Program-made: the position numbers and the translations under genes
Part shown: positions 16,801 through 25,659 of the stretch, in pieces
Layout of the letters: each line of letters opens with the position of its first letter
How positions within the stretch are numbered: the first letter of the stretch is position 1
The notes under the pieces: model-generated
The model's input: the letters and a program-made list of their open reading frames with translations, nothing else
Told to the model about the DNA's origin: nothing
The model's database searches: none
NCBI GenBank assembly: GCA_947588955.1
Contig: CANPYX010000004.1
Span: forward strand, 6,421-70,420
Source: an uncultured Oscillospiraceae bacterium
GTDB taxonomy: Bacteria > Bacillota > Clostridia > Oscillospirales > Oscillospiraceae
Length of the DNA: 64,000 nucleotides
Direction: 5' to 3'

Positions 16801-17563
16801 CAGCGGAAGACCCGCCCGTTACTGGAGCATGGTTCAGGACGCCGGCTCCAGGGAGGCGGACATATACATCTTCGGGGATATAACCTCCTGGCCGTGGCTG
16901 GAGAGCGACGTGTCGAGCTACGGGCTCGCCTCCGAGATCCAGAGGATCGACGCCGACGAGATACGCGTACACATCAACAGCTACGGCGGCGAGGTCGCCG
17001 AGGGCCTTGCCATCATGAACACGCTGATGAGCCACCCGGCGCACGTCACCACCATCGTGGACGGCTTCGCGTGCAGCGCCGCCAGCGTCATCCTGATGGC
17101 GGGGGAGCGGAGGATAGCCCAAAGCTGCTCAAACGTCCTGGTCCACCACGCCAGCACCTTCATCGCCGGCAACGCCGCGCGGCTGCGCGCCGAGGCGGAG
17201 GACCTGGACACCATAACGGAGCAGTCGGTGACCGCCTATGTCTCCAGGACCGGCAGGAGCCGGGAGGAAATCGTGGCGCTCATGGACGAGGACAGGTTCA
17301 TGGGACCGGAGGAGGCGCTTGAATGGGGCTTCGTCACGGAGATCCGCGACCTTTTCGGCAGGGACTCTCCCACCCAGTCCGTGAGGGAGACGGTTGCGAG
17401 GCTCCTCACCGCCGGAGGGCGGCGGGGTCCCGGAGCGCCCGGGGAGAAGGAGAGCGTGTCCAAACCGGACACGCCACAGGAGAAGGAGGGTGTGTCCGAA
17501 TCGGACACGCCGTGGAAAACAGCGACAGCGCAATTCCTTGACGCGCTGAGCGTCAAAAAATGA
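16781..17563 (+). CDS. prohead maturation protease (ClpP family)
   Basis: INSYGGEVAEGLAIMNTLMSH...GFACSAASVILMAG ClpP-like motifs. An alternative ATG at 16793 overlaps the portal stop. Confidence 0.9.
   Translation: MKRKMSDSGRPARYWSMVQDAGSREADIYIFGDITSWPWLESDVSSYGLASEIQRIDADEIRVHINSYGGEVAEGLAIMNTLMSHPAHVTTIVDGFACSAASVILMAGERRIAQSCSNVLVHHASTFIAGNAARLRAEAEDLDTITEQSVTAYVSRTGRSREEIVALMDEDRFMGPEEALEWGFVTEIRDLFGRDSPTQSVRETVARLLTAGGRRGPGAPGEKESVSKPDTPQEKEGVSESDTPWKTATAQFLDALSVKK
17456..17472. repeat. 17-bp palindrome family, degenerate copy GTGTCCAAACCGGACAC
   Basis: Read directly. In the protease C-terminal tail (VSKPDT). Confidence 0.8.
17492..17508. repeat. 17-bp palindrome GTGTCCGAATCGGACAC (perfect)
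   Basis: Read directly. In the protease C-terminal tail (VSESDT), 36 nt after the previous copy. Confidence 0.9.
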
Positions 17564-17579
17564 AAGGAGATTTTTAATT

Positions 17580-18752
17580 ATGAGAAACCTTGATCAGCGC
17601 CAGAAGAACAGAAACGACATACTTCAGCGCATGGCTGACGCGGTGAGAAACAACGACCAGGACGCCTTCGCCCAGGCCTTCGGCGACCTGGCGGGGGACA
17701 TCGAGGAGAGTCTGCGGGACGACTTCCGTGAGCATGTGTCCGCCCAGGACGCGGCGGTCCTCGCCTCCCGCGGGCACAGGTCCCTCACCTCCGACGAGAG
17801 GACCTTCTACACCCAGCTCACCGCCGCCATGCGTGAGGAGGGAGACCCCAGACAGGCCCTCACCAACGTGAACACGGTGTTCCCCGAGACGGTCATCGAC
17901 CAGATCTTCGACGACCTCAGGTCCAACCACCCGCTTTTGGGCGCCATCAACTTCCAGAACACCAAGACGCTCATAAAGATCCTCCTCTCCACCACCGGCG
18001 GCACCGCCAAGTGGGGCGAGCTGGGGGCGGAGGTAAACAGCGAGCTCTCCGCGGACTTTACCGAGGTGGATCTGACCCTCGCGCAGCTCACCGCCTTCAT
18101 CCCCGTGCCCAGGTACATCCTGGATCTGGGACCGGAGTGGATGGACAGGTACGTGAGGGAGCTGCTCAGCGAGGCCATCGCTGTGGGGCTCGAAACGGGG
18201 ATAGTCTCCGGCGACGGGGACAAACAGCCCATCGGCATGATCATGAAGCTCACCGGAGCCCTCGACGGAAAGCACTCCGTCAAGGAGACCGTGACCGTTA
18301 CGGACCTGAGCCCCACCACCTACGGCACGCTGCTGGACACCCTCTCCCAGGGGCCCAACGACAAGCGCCGGGCGGTGAACCGCGTGCTGCTTGTGGTCAA
18401 CCCCAGCGACTACTTCACCAAGGTGTTCCCCGCCACCACGGTGCGCTCCGCCGACGGCACCTACAACAGCGACGTCTTCCCGTTCCCCACCACGGTCATC
18501 CAGTCCGTCGCCGTGGAGAAGGGCAAGGCGGTGATGGGGCTCCCTGAGAGGTACTTCATGGGGATCGGCGCCGGCAGCGGCGGCGGGAGGATCGAGTACT
18601 CCGATCACTTCCAGTTCTTGAAGCGCAACAGGGTGTACCTCGTATACCTGTACGGCTACGGCAAGCCCATGGACGACAACGCCTTCCTGTACCTGGACAT
18701 CTCCGGTCTCAAGCCCACGAACCTGAAGGTAGAGGTAGTCGAAAACCCTTGA
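17580..18752 (+). CDS. major capsid protein (HK97 family)
   Basis: Helical N-terminal delta-like region, then HK97-like body. Position after the protease. Confidence 0.9.
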   Translation: MRNLDQRQKNRNDILQRMADAVRNNDQDAFAQAFGDLAGDIEESLRDDFREHVSAQDAAVLASRGHRSLTSDERTFYTQLTAAMREEGDPRQALTNVNTVFPETVIDQIFDDLRSNHPLLGAINFQNTKTLIKILLSTTGGTAKWGELGAEVNSELSADFTEVDLTLAQLTAFIPVPRYILDLGPEWMDRYVRELLSEAIAVGLETGIVSGDGDKQPIGMIMKLTGALDGKHSVKETVTVTDLSPTTYGTLLDTLSQGPNDKRRAVNRVLLVVNPSDYFTKVFPATTVRSADGTYNSDVFPFPTTVIQSVAVEKGKAVMGLPERYFMGIGAGSGGGRIEYSDHFQFLKRNRVYLVYLYGYGKPMDDNAFLYLDISGLKPTNLKVEVVENP

Positions 18753-19147
18753 GCGGGCCTGACCGGGTAAGCGTTCCCGGGCAGGGTCAGGCCCTTGATT
18801 ATCTGGGCGGGAAGCTCGTGTCGGAGCTCATCGGTCCCGACTGCGCCGTTGAATGGAACGGGGTGGACGGGAAGGTAACCGGAACCATCAAGAAGGTGAC
18901 GGATTTTACGGCATTCTCCGCAAAGGAGAAGGACGGACATTTCTTCCCCATCGATCTGGCGGAAGCCTATGAGGGACTGCCCATAACCGTTGACAACGGC
19001 AATGGGAAGCCGAAGACGGAGAAGGATCGCCACTGGACCTTAAGGGTGGAAAACATCAAGGGGGACCGTGTGACTTTCTCCACAGGCGGAGAGACCATAG
19101 CGACCCTTGACCTCTCCGGCGCAACTCTGGAGGGCGCCGATGGATGA
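18749..19147 (+). CDS. hypothetical head-module protein (start uncertain)
   Basis: ORF after the capsid gene. Its 5' end lies in the hairpin, and it has no internal Met. Confidence 0.4.
   Translation: MSGPDRVSVPGQGQALDYLGGKLVSELIGPDCAVEWNGVDGKVTGTIKKVTDFTAFSAKEKDGHFFPIDLAEAYEGLPITVDNGNGKPKTEKDRHWTLRVENIKGDRVTFSTGGETIATLDLSGATLEGADG
18755..18794 (+). terminator. strong hairpin right after the capsid gene (partial terminator or RNA stabiliser)
   Basis: GGGCCTGACCGGG...CCCGGGCAGGGTCAGGCCC. Weak T tail (TTGATTAT). Confidence 0.45.
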
Positions 19148-19442
19148 GGAGCTGCTGGCGGCGGTGAGGAACTACCTGGACATCACCTGGGAGGATGAGG
19201 CGTCGGACGTAAAGCTCCGGGGCATTATCCGGCGGGGGATAACTTACCTCAACCGGCGCTACGGCGGGGAGCCGGACTACGGCGAGGGCTCCCGCGGGCG
19301 CGAGCTCCTTTTTGAATACGCCAGATACGCCCGCGCCAACGCCCTGGCGGACTTCGGGGAGGACTTCCTGACGGAGCTCAACGACTTCCACGGCGACGGG
19401 GAGGTGTCCCGCTTTGAAAGCGAATATCCAGAGCTTTGCTGA
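19140..19442 (+). CDS. head-tail connector protein (gp6-like)
   Basis: LLAAVRNYLDITWEDEASDVKLRGIIRRGITYLNRRYG is typical of Phage_connect_1. ATG overlaps the upstream stop. Confidence 0.7.
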   Translation: MDEELLAAVRNYLDITWEDEASDVKLRGIIRRGITYLNRRYGGEPDYGEGSRGRELLFEYARYARANALADFGEDFLTELNDFHGDGEVSRFESEYPELC

Positions 19443-19764
19443 CGGCATTGTCCGCCTGCACTCACAGGATAACGCCCAGAGTCCCGGAAACGCCCCTGAG
19501 GGCCGTTTGACGCTTGAGTATACCCTCAGATACGACGAGAGGACGGTGGGCGTCAGAAGGCACTACGAGGCGCTCAGAGCGGGGGACAGGGTGGACCTGG
19601 TACTCAGGTGCCAGCGGGTCCCGCTGGCGGCGGCTCTGACGGTGGCGGTACCTAACGACGGGCTCCAGTACAGGGTGGCGCTTATACAGTACCCCAAGGA
19701 GACGGAGCCGGAATGCATGGATCTGACGCTGAGGCGGGTGGAAACGGATTATGAGCTGGGATGA
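19414..19764 (+). CDS. head-tail adaptor / head closure protein
   Basis: Size, position, and SPP1 gp16-like pattern. Confidence 0.55.
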   Translation: MKANIQSFADGIVRLHSQDNAQSPGNAPEGRLTLEYTLRYDERTVGVRRHYEALRAGDRVDLVLRCQRVPLAAALTVAVPNDGLQYRVALIQYPKETEPECMDLTLRRVETDYELG

Positions 19765-20506
19765 GACCATCAAGGGCGCGCTGCTGTCGGCGACCGGCAG
19801 CGTGTGGCGCTATGAGGCGGACAGGACAAAGTCTCCGCCCTACGTGGTATGGGCGGAGACGGAGGAGCGTGAGATCTCTCTTTCGGAGGGCGCGCCGCCC
19901 GTGAAGCTCATGACAGGGCGCGCCGACCTCTTCACCAGGGACAGGAACGGGGAGAAGCTCCTGACGGAGATCCCCGCCGCCCTGGGGCGCGTGTGCTCCT
20001 GCCGGCTTGTCCTCACGGAGAACATGGATGACATGAAGCTTCTCCACTGCCGGTGGGAGTGGAGGATATTCACCGGAGAGGGTCTTTCGGATACGGTCAC
20101 GCTTTACACCGCGGAGATAGAGGTGGACCCGGAAACCTACACCGACAGGGCGGTGAACAACGTCACTGTCCTGCGGGGCGTGCAGCTGAAGGTGAAGCGC
20201 GGCGCCGAAAGGTCAGGGAACGGGTACTCGGACGGGGACAGGGCGGAGCTTTTTATCCCCCTTTCCGGCGGCGTGGGAAGCCCGAAGACGTATACCCCCC
20301 CTCCCCTTTATGAGAGGGCGCTGAACAGGAGCCTTTTCTGGACGGTCTTCCCCGGCGCGAGGTGTTTTTTCCTTCCGGGGGAGATCTCGGAGCCGGACGC
20401 CAGGCTCCAGGACCTTGCAGTAAAATACGGAGAGGTCTTCACGGTCACCGCCGCCGAGACGGTGACTGAGCAGGGCGCGGAGTTTTTGAAGGTCCGGGGG
20501 GTGTGA
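19751..20506 (+). CDS. hypothetical head-tail joining module protein
   Basis: Operon-coupled ORF. No firm family. Confidence 0.5.
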   Translation: MSWDETIKGALLSATGSVWRYEADRTKSPPYVVWAETEEREISLSEGAPPVKLMTGRADLFTRDRNGEKLLTEIPAALGRVCSCRLVLTENMDDMKLLHCRWEWRIFTGEGLSDTVTLYTAEIEVDPETYTDRAVNNVTVLRGVQLKVKRGAERSGNGYSDGDRAELFIPLSGGVGSPKTYTPPPLYERALNRSLFWTVFPGARCFFLPGEISEPDARLQDLAVKYGEVFTVTAAETVTEQGAEFLKVRGV

Positions 20507-20509
20507 GCG

Positions 20510-20920
20510 GTGTATTTCAGAGCTTCGATAACCGGGTGGAAGATACCCGCAAAGCTCCAGAAGGTGGCGGATGAGACCGCCTGTGTGCTCGCCGCCCAAG
20601 CCGCGGAGGACATGAGGGACTACGTGCCCTACCGGTCGGGGCGCCTGTGGAACGGCACAAAGGTCAAATCCAGGTACATTCGCTGGCCGGGACCCTACGC
20701 GGCGATGCTGTACAGGGGGAACGTCATGGTGGACACCGGTACCCTCAGCCCGTTCGCAAGGAAGGGCGCGTCAAAGGAATCCACCTCCAGGCCGCTGCGC
20801 TTCAGGCTGTCGCCGCACCCCAAGGCCCAGTCCTACTGGTTCCTGGCGGCGCGGAGGGACAACCTGAGAAAATGGACGCAGATCGCGGACAGGGATCTGA
20901 AAAGGAGGCTGAACAGATAG
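20510..20920 (+). CDS. HK97 gp10-like / minor capsid-type protein (tentative)
   Basis: AEDMRDYVPYRSGRLWNGT motif. GTG start. Confidence 0.45.
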   Translation: MYFRASITGWKIPAKLQKVADETACVLAAQAAEDMRDYVPYRSGRLWNGTKVKSRYIRWPGPYAAMLYRGNVMVDTGTLSPFARKGASKESTSRPLRFRLSPHPKAQSYWFLAARRDNLRKWTQIADRDLKRRLNR

Positions 20921-20923
20921 CCG

Positions 20924-21382
20924 ATGGATACGGCAGCAAATGAAAAGCCCAGGGTGCTTGTGAGCGCCGAGGAGGAGCGGACCGTGGAGCGGCAGGTCAT
21001 GGTGTGGCTCAGCTCCCTGCCGGAGCTGCAGGGGGAGAAGCTCGCCTTTGAGTCGCTGGATGAGGGCGTGCCCGGCATCGCCGTATTTTCCGGCGAGGGG
21101 GCCTACATCACGGAGCCGGACATACTCGGCGGGCACAAGGCGATTTACCCGTTTTCGGTGGTGAGGCGGATAATCCCCGGAGACAGCCCGGACATGAGGC
21201 TTGACGCGGTGGCGTTCCTCAACGGCCTCGGCGACCGTGTCATGCGGTCGGCTCCGGAGCTGGGGGAGCGGATCAGCAGCGTCAGGGTGAAGCCCACCAC
21301 CAGAGGACATTACGCCGGCAGCGACGGCGGCGCCGGCGAGGACTACGAAATAAAATTCGATCTTACATACGAGGTGGATTAA
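20924..21382 (+). CDS. hypothetical tail completion-type protein
   Basis: Position before the major tail gene. Confidence 0.4.
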   Translation: MDTAANEKPRVLVSAEEERTVERQVMVWLSSLPELQGEKLAFESLDEGVPGIAVFSGEGAYITEPDILGGHKAIYPFSVVRRIIPGDSPDMRLDAVAFLNGLGDRVMRSAPELGERISSVRVKPTTRGHYAGSDGGAGEDYEIKFDLTYEVD

Positions 21383-21383
21383 A

Positions 21384-21941
21384 ATGCCAAGAAAAAAGTT
21401 TCATATCGTTACCCCTGAGGGCGAGAATCCAGAGCGCCACACCTATGTCGTTTTGGGAAACGCCGCGACGTATGAGGCACCCGAGTGGCACCCCATGGGT
21501 AAGAAGGTGACGGACTCTTCGGCTGAGAACGACTTCAGCTCCGAGGACATCCGTGACATCCTGGGCGGGGTCTACGGGGAGCCCAAGAACCCCATCATCA
21601 AGCAGAGCTTTGACGGCTGCCGCATCGACTCCGGAGACAAGTACCAGGCGAAGCTGGTGGATCTCCACATCGTCGACAACAACTACCGCGCCCTGGCGAA
21701 CCAGGACCTCCTGCGCCTGCACACGTACCTGGAGGACGACGAGGGCAACTGCTTTGCCGAGCGGTACCCCTCAAGCCAGGTGCTCCCCAAGTCCCTGGGC
21801 GGCGAGGGCGGCGGACCTCTCACCATGCCCACGGAGGTCACCTTCGGCGGCATAAGGGAGCCGGGGACCTGCAAGGTCACCGTAGACGAGGGCGGAAAAA
21901 AGAGCTATGAGTTCACCCCCGGCATCAAGGAGGCAGAATAA
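21384..21941 (+). CDS. putative major tail protein
   Basis: Position upstream of the chaperone pair and tape measure. 185 aa. Confidence 0.55.
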   Translation: MPRKKFHIVTPEGENPERHTYVVLGNAATYEAPEWHPMGKKVTDSSAENDFSSEDIRDILGGVYGEPKNPIIKQSFDGCRIDSGDKYQAKLVDLHIVDNNYRALANQDLLRLHTYLEDDEGNCFAERYPSSQVLPKSLGGEGGGPLTMPTEVTFGGIREPGTCKVTVDEGGKKSYEFTPGIKEAE

Positions 21942-21943
21942 CC

Positions 21944-22399
21944 GTGGATGAGCTGAATTTTGCTCTGGGCGTGAGGGAATTCAAGGTGAACGGCGGCAGG
22001 ACCCTCTCATTCAACCCCTCGGACGAGGGCTTTTTGGAGCTCCTTTACGGGCTCCTCGCCAAGCTGGACGACCTGGTAAAGGAGCGGGACGAGAAGGCGA
22101 AAAAGGCCGGCGAAAACTGGTCGAAGCGATTTGAATACTCAAGGTCCTGCGACGAGAGGATGCGCCGTGCCGTGGACGAGGTCTTCGGGGAGGGCTTTTC
22201 CGCCCAGGTCTTCGGCGCAGTGCGGCTCACCGCGGCGGCAGACGGGCTCTCGGTCGTGGAAAACCTCATCTGGGCCGTGGTGGAGCAGATGGACGAGGAC
22301 CTGAAGGCGAACCTTGCCCGCCGCAGCGAGAGGGTGAGGTACTACACCGAGAAGTACAGATCCCGCATCGCCGCCGCCGGAGGATCTCCGGCACCATGA
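21944..22399 (+). CDS. putative tail assembly chaperone
   Basis: Acidic 151-aa ORF between the major tail gene and the tape measure. GTG start. Confidence 0.5.
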   Translation: MDELNFALGVREFKVNGGRTLSFNPSDEGFLELLYGLLAKLDDLVKERDEKAKKAGENWSKRFEYSRSCDERMRRAVDEVFGEGFSAQVFGAVRLTAAADGLSVVENLIWAVVEQMDEDLKANLARRSERVRYYTEKYRSRIAAAGGSPAP

Positions 22400-22938
22400 A
22401 TTACGACCTGCCGGAGTCGGTGCGCGTGGGCCGCCGTGATTACGCCATCTTCAGCGACTTCCGGGCGGCGCTGGATATTGAGACAGCCCTGGCGGATCCG
22501 GTGCTGGACGACAGGGACAGGGCCTACATGGTCCTGCTCCTGTTTTACAGGGACCTTGACGCAATGCCGCCGGAGGATTACCCAGAGGCGCTGGAGCGGG
22601 TCAAGTGGTTTTTGCGCGGCGGGGAGGACGAGACCGCCCCACAGCCGCGCGTCATGGACTGGGATCAGGACTTCCCTCTCATCGTCTCCGCCCTTTACCC
22701 CATTCTGGGCGCCGACATACGGGGAATGGCGCATCTGCACTGGTGGACGCTGCTCTCGGCGCTTTCGGACGCCAAGGACTGCGTCTTTACCCAGGTGGTC
22801 GCCATCCGCGACAAGCAGCTGAGGGGCAAGGAGCTGGACAAATTCGAGTGCGAGTTTTTGCGGCGAAATGCCTCCATCGTAGAGCTCAAGACAAAATACA
22901 CGCAGGCGGACGAGCGGATATTCTCCAAGTATATCTGA
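22396..22938 (+). CDS. Gp15-like tail assembly protein
   Basis: DYAIFSDFRAALDIETALADPVLDDRDRAYMVLLLFY resembles the Phage_Gp15 family. ATGA-coupled. Confidence 0.55.
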   Translation: MNYDLPESVRVGRRDYAIFSDFRAALDIETALADPVLDDRDRAYMVLLLFYRDLDAMPPEDYPEALERVKWFLRGGEDETAPQPRVMDWDQDFPLIVSALYPILGADIRGMAHLHWWTLLSALSDAKDCVFTQVVAIRDKQLRGKELDKFECEFLRRNASIVELKTKYTQADERIFSKYI

Positions 22939-22964
22939 CGGCGCCTTAAAGGGGCGGTGATTTT

Positions 22965-25259
22965 ATGGCGAAAAACGGAAGCGTCAATATTTCAGTTAAT
23001 ATGGAAACGGACAAGGCAGAGCGGGACCTGGCGGAGTTGAAGGCGAAAATCGAGGAAACAAAGCGGAAGATCGCCTCCGACGAGAGCGCCCGGGACGACC
23101 TCAAGGCAGAGGCGCAGACGGCGAAGGATGAGGCGCTGCGGATAGAACGCCTCATGGAGCCGCTTCAGCAAAAGCTGGCAAAGCTCAGAGCTGACGCGGA
23201 GCTGGCGGGGATTAAGCATCCGTACGGCGAGGCGGAGCTGGTCTCTCAGATAAAGGCGCTCGAGGAGCCTCTCAAGGCGCAAGACAAGCTCGTTGAAAAG
23301 CTCTACTCGGAGTATGACAAGGTTTCAGCCAGAATCGAGTCTGGCAAAGTAAAGCTTGAGGGTATGACAGCACAGGCGGGAGAGATGGAGGCGGCGATTG
23401 ACCGCGCCAACTCCCCGGCGGGGCGGCTCAAGCGTTCCTTTATGGATTCGGAGAAGGGCTCCGCACGGCTGTTGGACAGAATCAAGCAGCTTGCCATGAG
23501 CGCGCTGGTGTTTTCCGTGATGACACGGGGTCTCAACGCCTTGCGCGACTGGATCGGGCAGGTGTTGGAAACAAACGAGGACGCCCAGGCGTCCTTCGCG
23601 CGGCTCAGGGGCGCGCTGCTGACTCTGGCGCAGCCCATCGTGGAGCTGGTGGTGCCGGCGCTCACGGCGCTGGCGAACATCCTGACGGTGATCGTGACAA
23701 ATGCCGCGGCGCTGCTCTCGGCGCTTTTCGGCTCCACGCTGGACCAGTCCAGGGCGGCTGCCGAGGGGCTTTACGAGGAGACCGAGGCCATCGAGGGCGT
23801 GGGCGCCGCGGCAAAGAAGGCAGGGAAGAGTCTGGCGAGCTTCGACGAAATAGACCGGCTGGGAGACGGCGCCAATTCCGGCGGCGCGGGAGAGAACGCG
23901 CAGCAGAAGGCTCCGGATTTCTCCCTGGACGCCGGTATTTCCGACAGGCTCAAGGACATAGCGGACCTGGTAATGCTCATAGGCGCGGGGCTGGCGCTGT
24001 GGAAAATCAGCGGTATGCTCCCGGGTGTGCTGGGGCAGGTCTCCACCGTACTCGCCGGAATATTTTTGACGGTGGGCGGGCTGCTCCTCGCCTGGCACGG
24101 GCTCTCGGACGCCTGGGAGAACGGCGTCAACTGGGGCAACCTAATCGAATCCATAGCCGGCGTCGCCGCTGCCGCCGCGGGGCTGTATCTGCTCTTCGGC
24201 AATATCGGAGCGGGTATAGGGCTCATTGTGGGCGGGATCGCGCTGCTGGTGACGGCTTTCCACGACGCCATGGAGAACGGTTGGAACCTTCAAAACACGC
24301 TTATGGCCATTGCCGGCATAATGGCGACCGGACTGGGAATCGGCCTCATCACCGGCTCCATGATCCCACTGCTCATCGCGGGGATCGCCGCGCTTTTACT
24401 GGCGCTGACAGTCGCCACCGGACACGGCGGGGAGCTCATCGAGGGGATCCGGCAGATCCTTCAGGGGTTCCGCGACTTCTTCGTGGGCATTTTCACCCTT
24501 GACGTGCAGCTTGCCATCCAGGGCATGGAGCAGATAATCGACGGGCTGAGAACGGCGGTCTTCGCCGTTATAGGCGGCATACGGGACTCCTTCAACTCGT
24601 TTTTGGACTGGCTGGACGAAAAAACCGGCGGAAAGCTCCACGGGATAATCGAATTTGTGCGGGACCTTTTCAACAATGTGCTTTTTGAGTCCATACGGGT
24701 GAATCTGAGCAATCTCATAGACGCGCTGAAGCAGATCCTCAACGGCTTTATTGAGTTTATCACAGGGGTGTTCACCGGCGACTGGGATCTCGCCTGGCAG
24801 GGCGTCAAGGACATCTTCAAGGGCATTTTCAACGGTATCATTTCCCTGTTTGAAAGCTCGATAAATTTCATTGTCCGCGGGCTCAACTGGATAATTTCGC
24901 AAATCAACAAAATCAGCATCGACGTGCCCGACTGGGTGCCGTTTGCCGGCGGTCAATCCTGGGGACCAAGCATCCCGTCCGTGCCTTACGCGAGCCTGCC
25001 CAGGCTTGCCCAGGGCGCGGTGCTGCCGCCCAACAAGCCGTTCGCGGCGATAGTGGGCGAGCAGCACCGCGGGACCAACGTGGAGGCGCCGCTGGAGACC
25101 ATAAAGCGTGCCCTGGCGGAGGTCATGCGCGACGGCCGGTCGAGCGGAGGCGTCACGACGTTCATCCTCCAGCTCGATGGGACGGAGGTCAGACGGTGGG
25201 TGTTCGACGCCTACAACGAGGAAAAGGCGAGGCGCGGTCCGAATCTGTCGGAGGGATAA
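22965..25259 (+). CDS. tail tape measure protein
   Basis: 764 aa with an N-terminal coiled coil and central Gly/Ala/Ile-rich membrane-like segments. Canonical position. Confidence 0.85.
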   Translation: MAKNGSVNISVNMETDKAERDLAELKAKIEETKRKIASDESARDDLKAEAQTAKDEALRIERLMEPLQQKLAKLRADAELAGIKHPYGEAELVSQIKALEEPLKAQDKLVEKLYSEYDKVSARIESGKVKLEGMTAQAGEMEAAIDRANSPAGRLKRSFMDSEKGSARLLDRIKQLAMSALVFSVMTRGLNALRDWIGQVLETNEDAQASFARLRGALLTLAQPIVELVVPALTALANILTVIVTNAAALLSALFGSTLDQSRAAAEGLYEETEAIEGVGAAAKKAGKSLASFDEIDRLGDGANSGGAGENAQQKAPDFSLDAGISDRLKDIADLVMLIGAGLALWKISGMLPGVLGQVSTVLAGIFLTVGGLLLAWHGLSDAWENGVNWGNLIESIAGVAAAAAGLYLLFGNIGAGIGLIVGGIALLVTAFHDAMENGWNLQNTLMAIAGIMATGLGIGLITGSMIPLLIAGIAALLLALTVATGHGGELIEGIRQILQGFRDFFVGIFTLDVQLAIQGMEQIIDGLRTAVFAVIGGIRDSFNSFLDWLDEKTGGKLHGIIEFVRDLFNNVLFESIRVNLSNLIDALKQILNGFIEFITGVFTGDWDLAWQGVKDIFKGIFNGIISLFESSINFIVRGLNWIISQINKISIDVPDWVPFAGGQSWGPSIPSVPYASLPRLAQGAVLPPNKPFAAIVGEQHRGTNVEAPLETIKRALAEVMRDGRSSGGVTTFILQLDGTEVRRWVFDAYNEEKARRGPNLSEG

Positions 25260-25260
25260 G

Positions 25261-25659
25261 ATGGATTATATAAAGCTCAACGGTATCTCCTTTGACACGG
25301 AGGTCGCCATATCCGCGTACAAACGGACGCTGAACGTGGTACACGGGGACAACGCCGGGCGGGTGATGTCGGGGAAGATGATCCTGGACCCCATCGCCGC
25401 CTACTACGGCAGGAACGTCACGGTATTCCGGCGCGGGAACAACTACAAGGGGCTCGACGACTTCTGGGATTTCCTCGCCGCCCACATCCTGGACGACCAG
25501 GGCGTGCTCCTTGAGGCGGCGGACGGTCAGACCACCGTATCAATGCGGTGCTACTACTCCTCCGCGGAGCAGGATCTTGAGTCCGTGGACGGGGGTATCA
25601 ATTACTGGGGACCCATCTCCGTCAACTTTATCCCTATCGATCCGCAGGTGACGCCATGA
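25261..25659 (+). CDS. putative distal tail protein (small)
   Basis: ATG at 25261, 2 nt after the tape measure stop. The 5' extension in the ORF track overlaps the tape measure gene. Confidence 0.5.
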   Translation: MDYIKLNGISFDTEVAISAYKRTLNVVHGDNAGRVMSGKMILDPIAAYYGRNVTVFRRGNNYKGLDDFWDFLAAHILDDQGVLLEAADGQTTVSMRCYYSSAEQDLESVDGGINYWGPISVNFIPIDPQVTP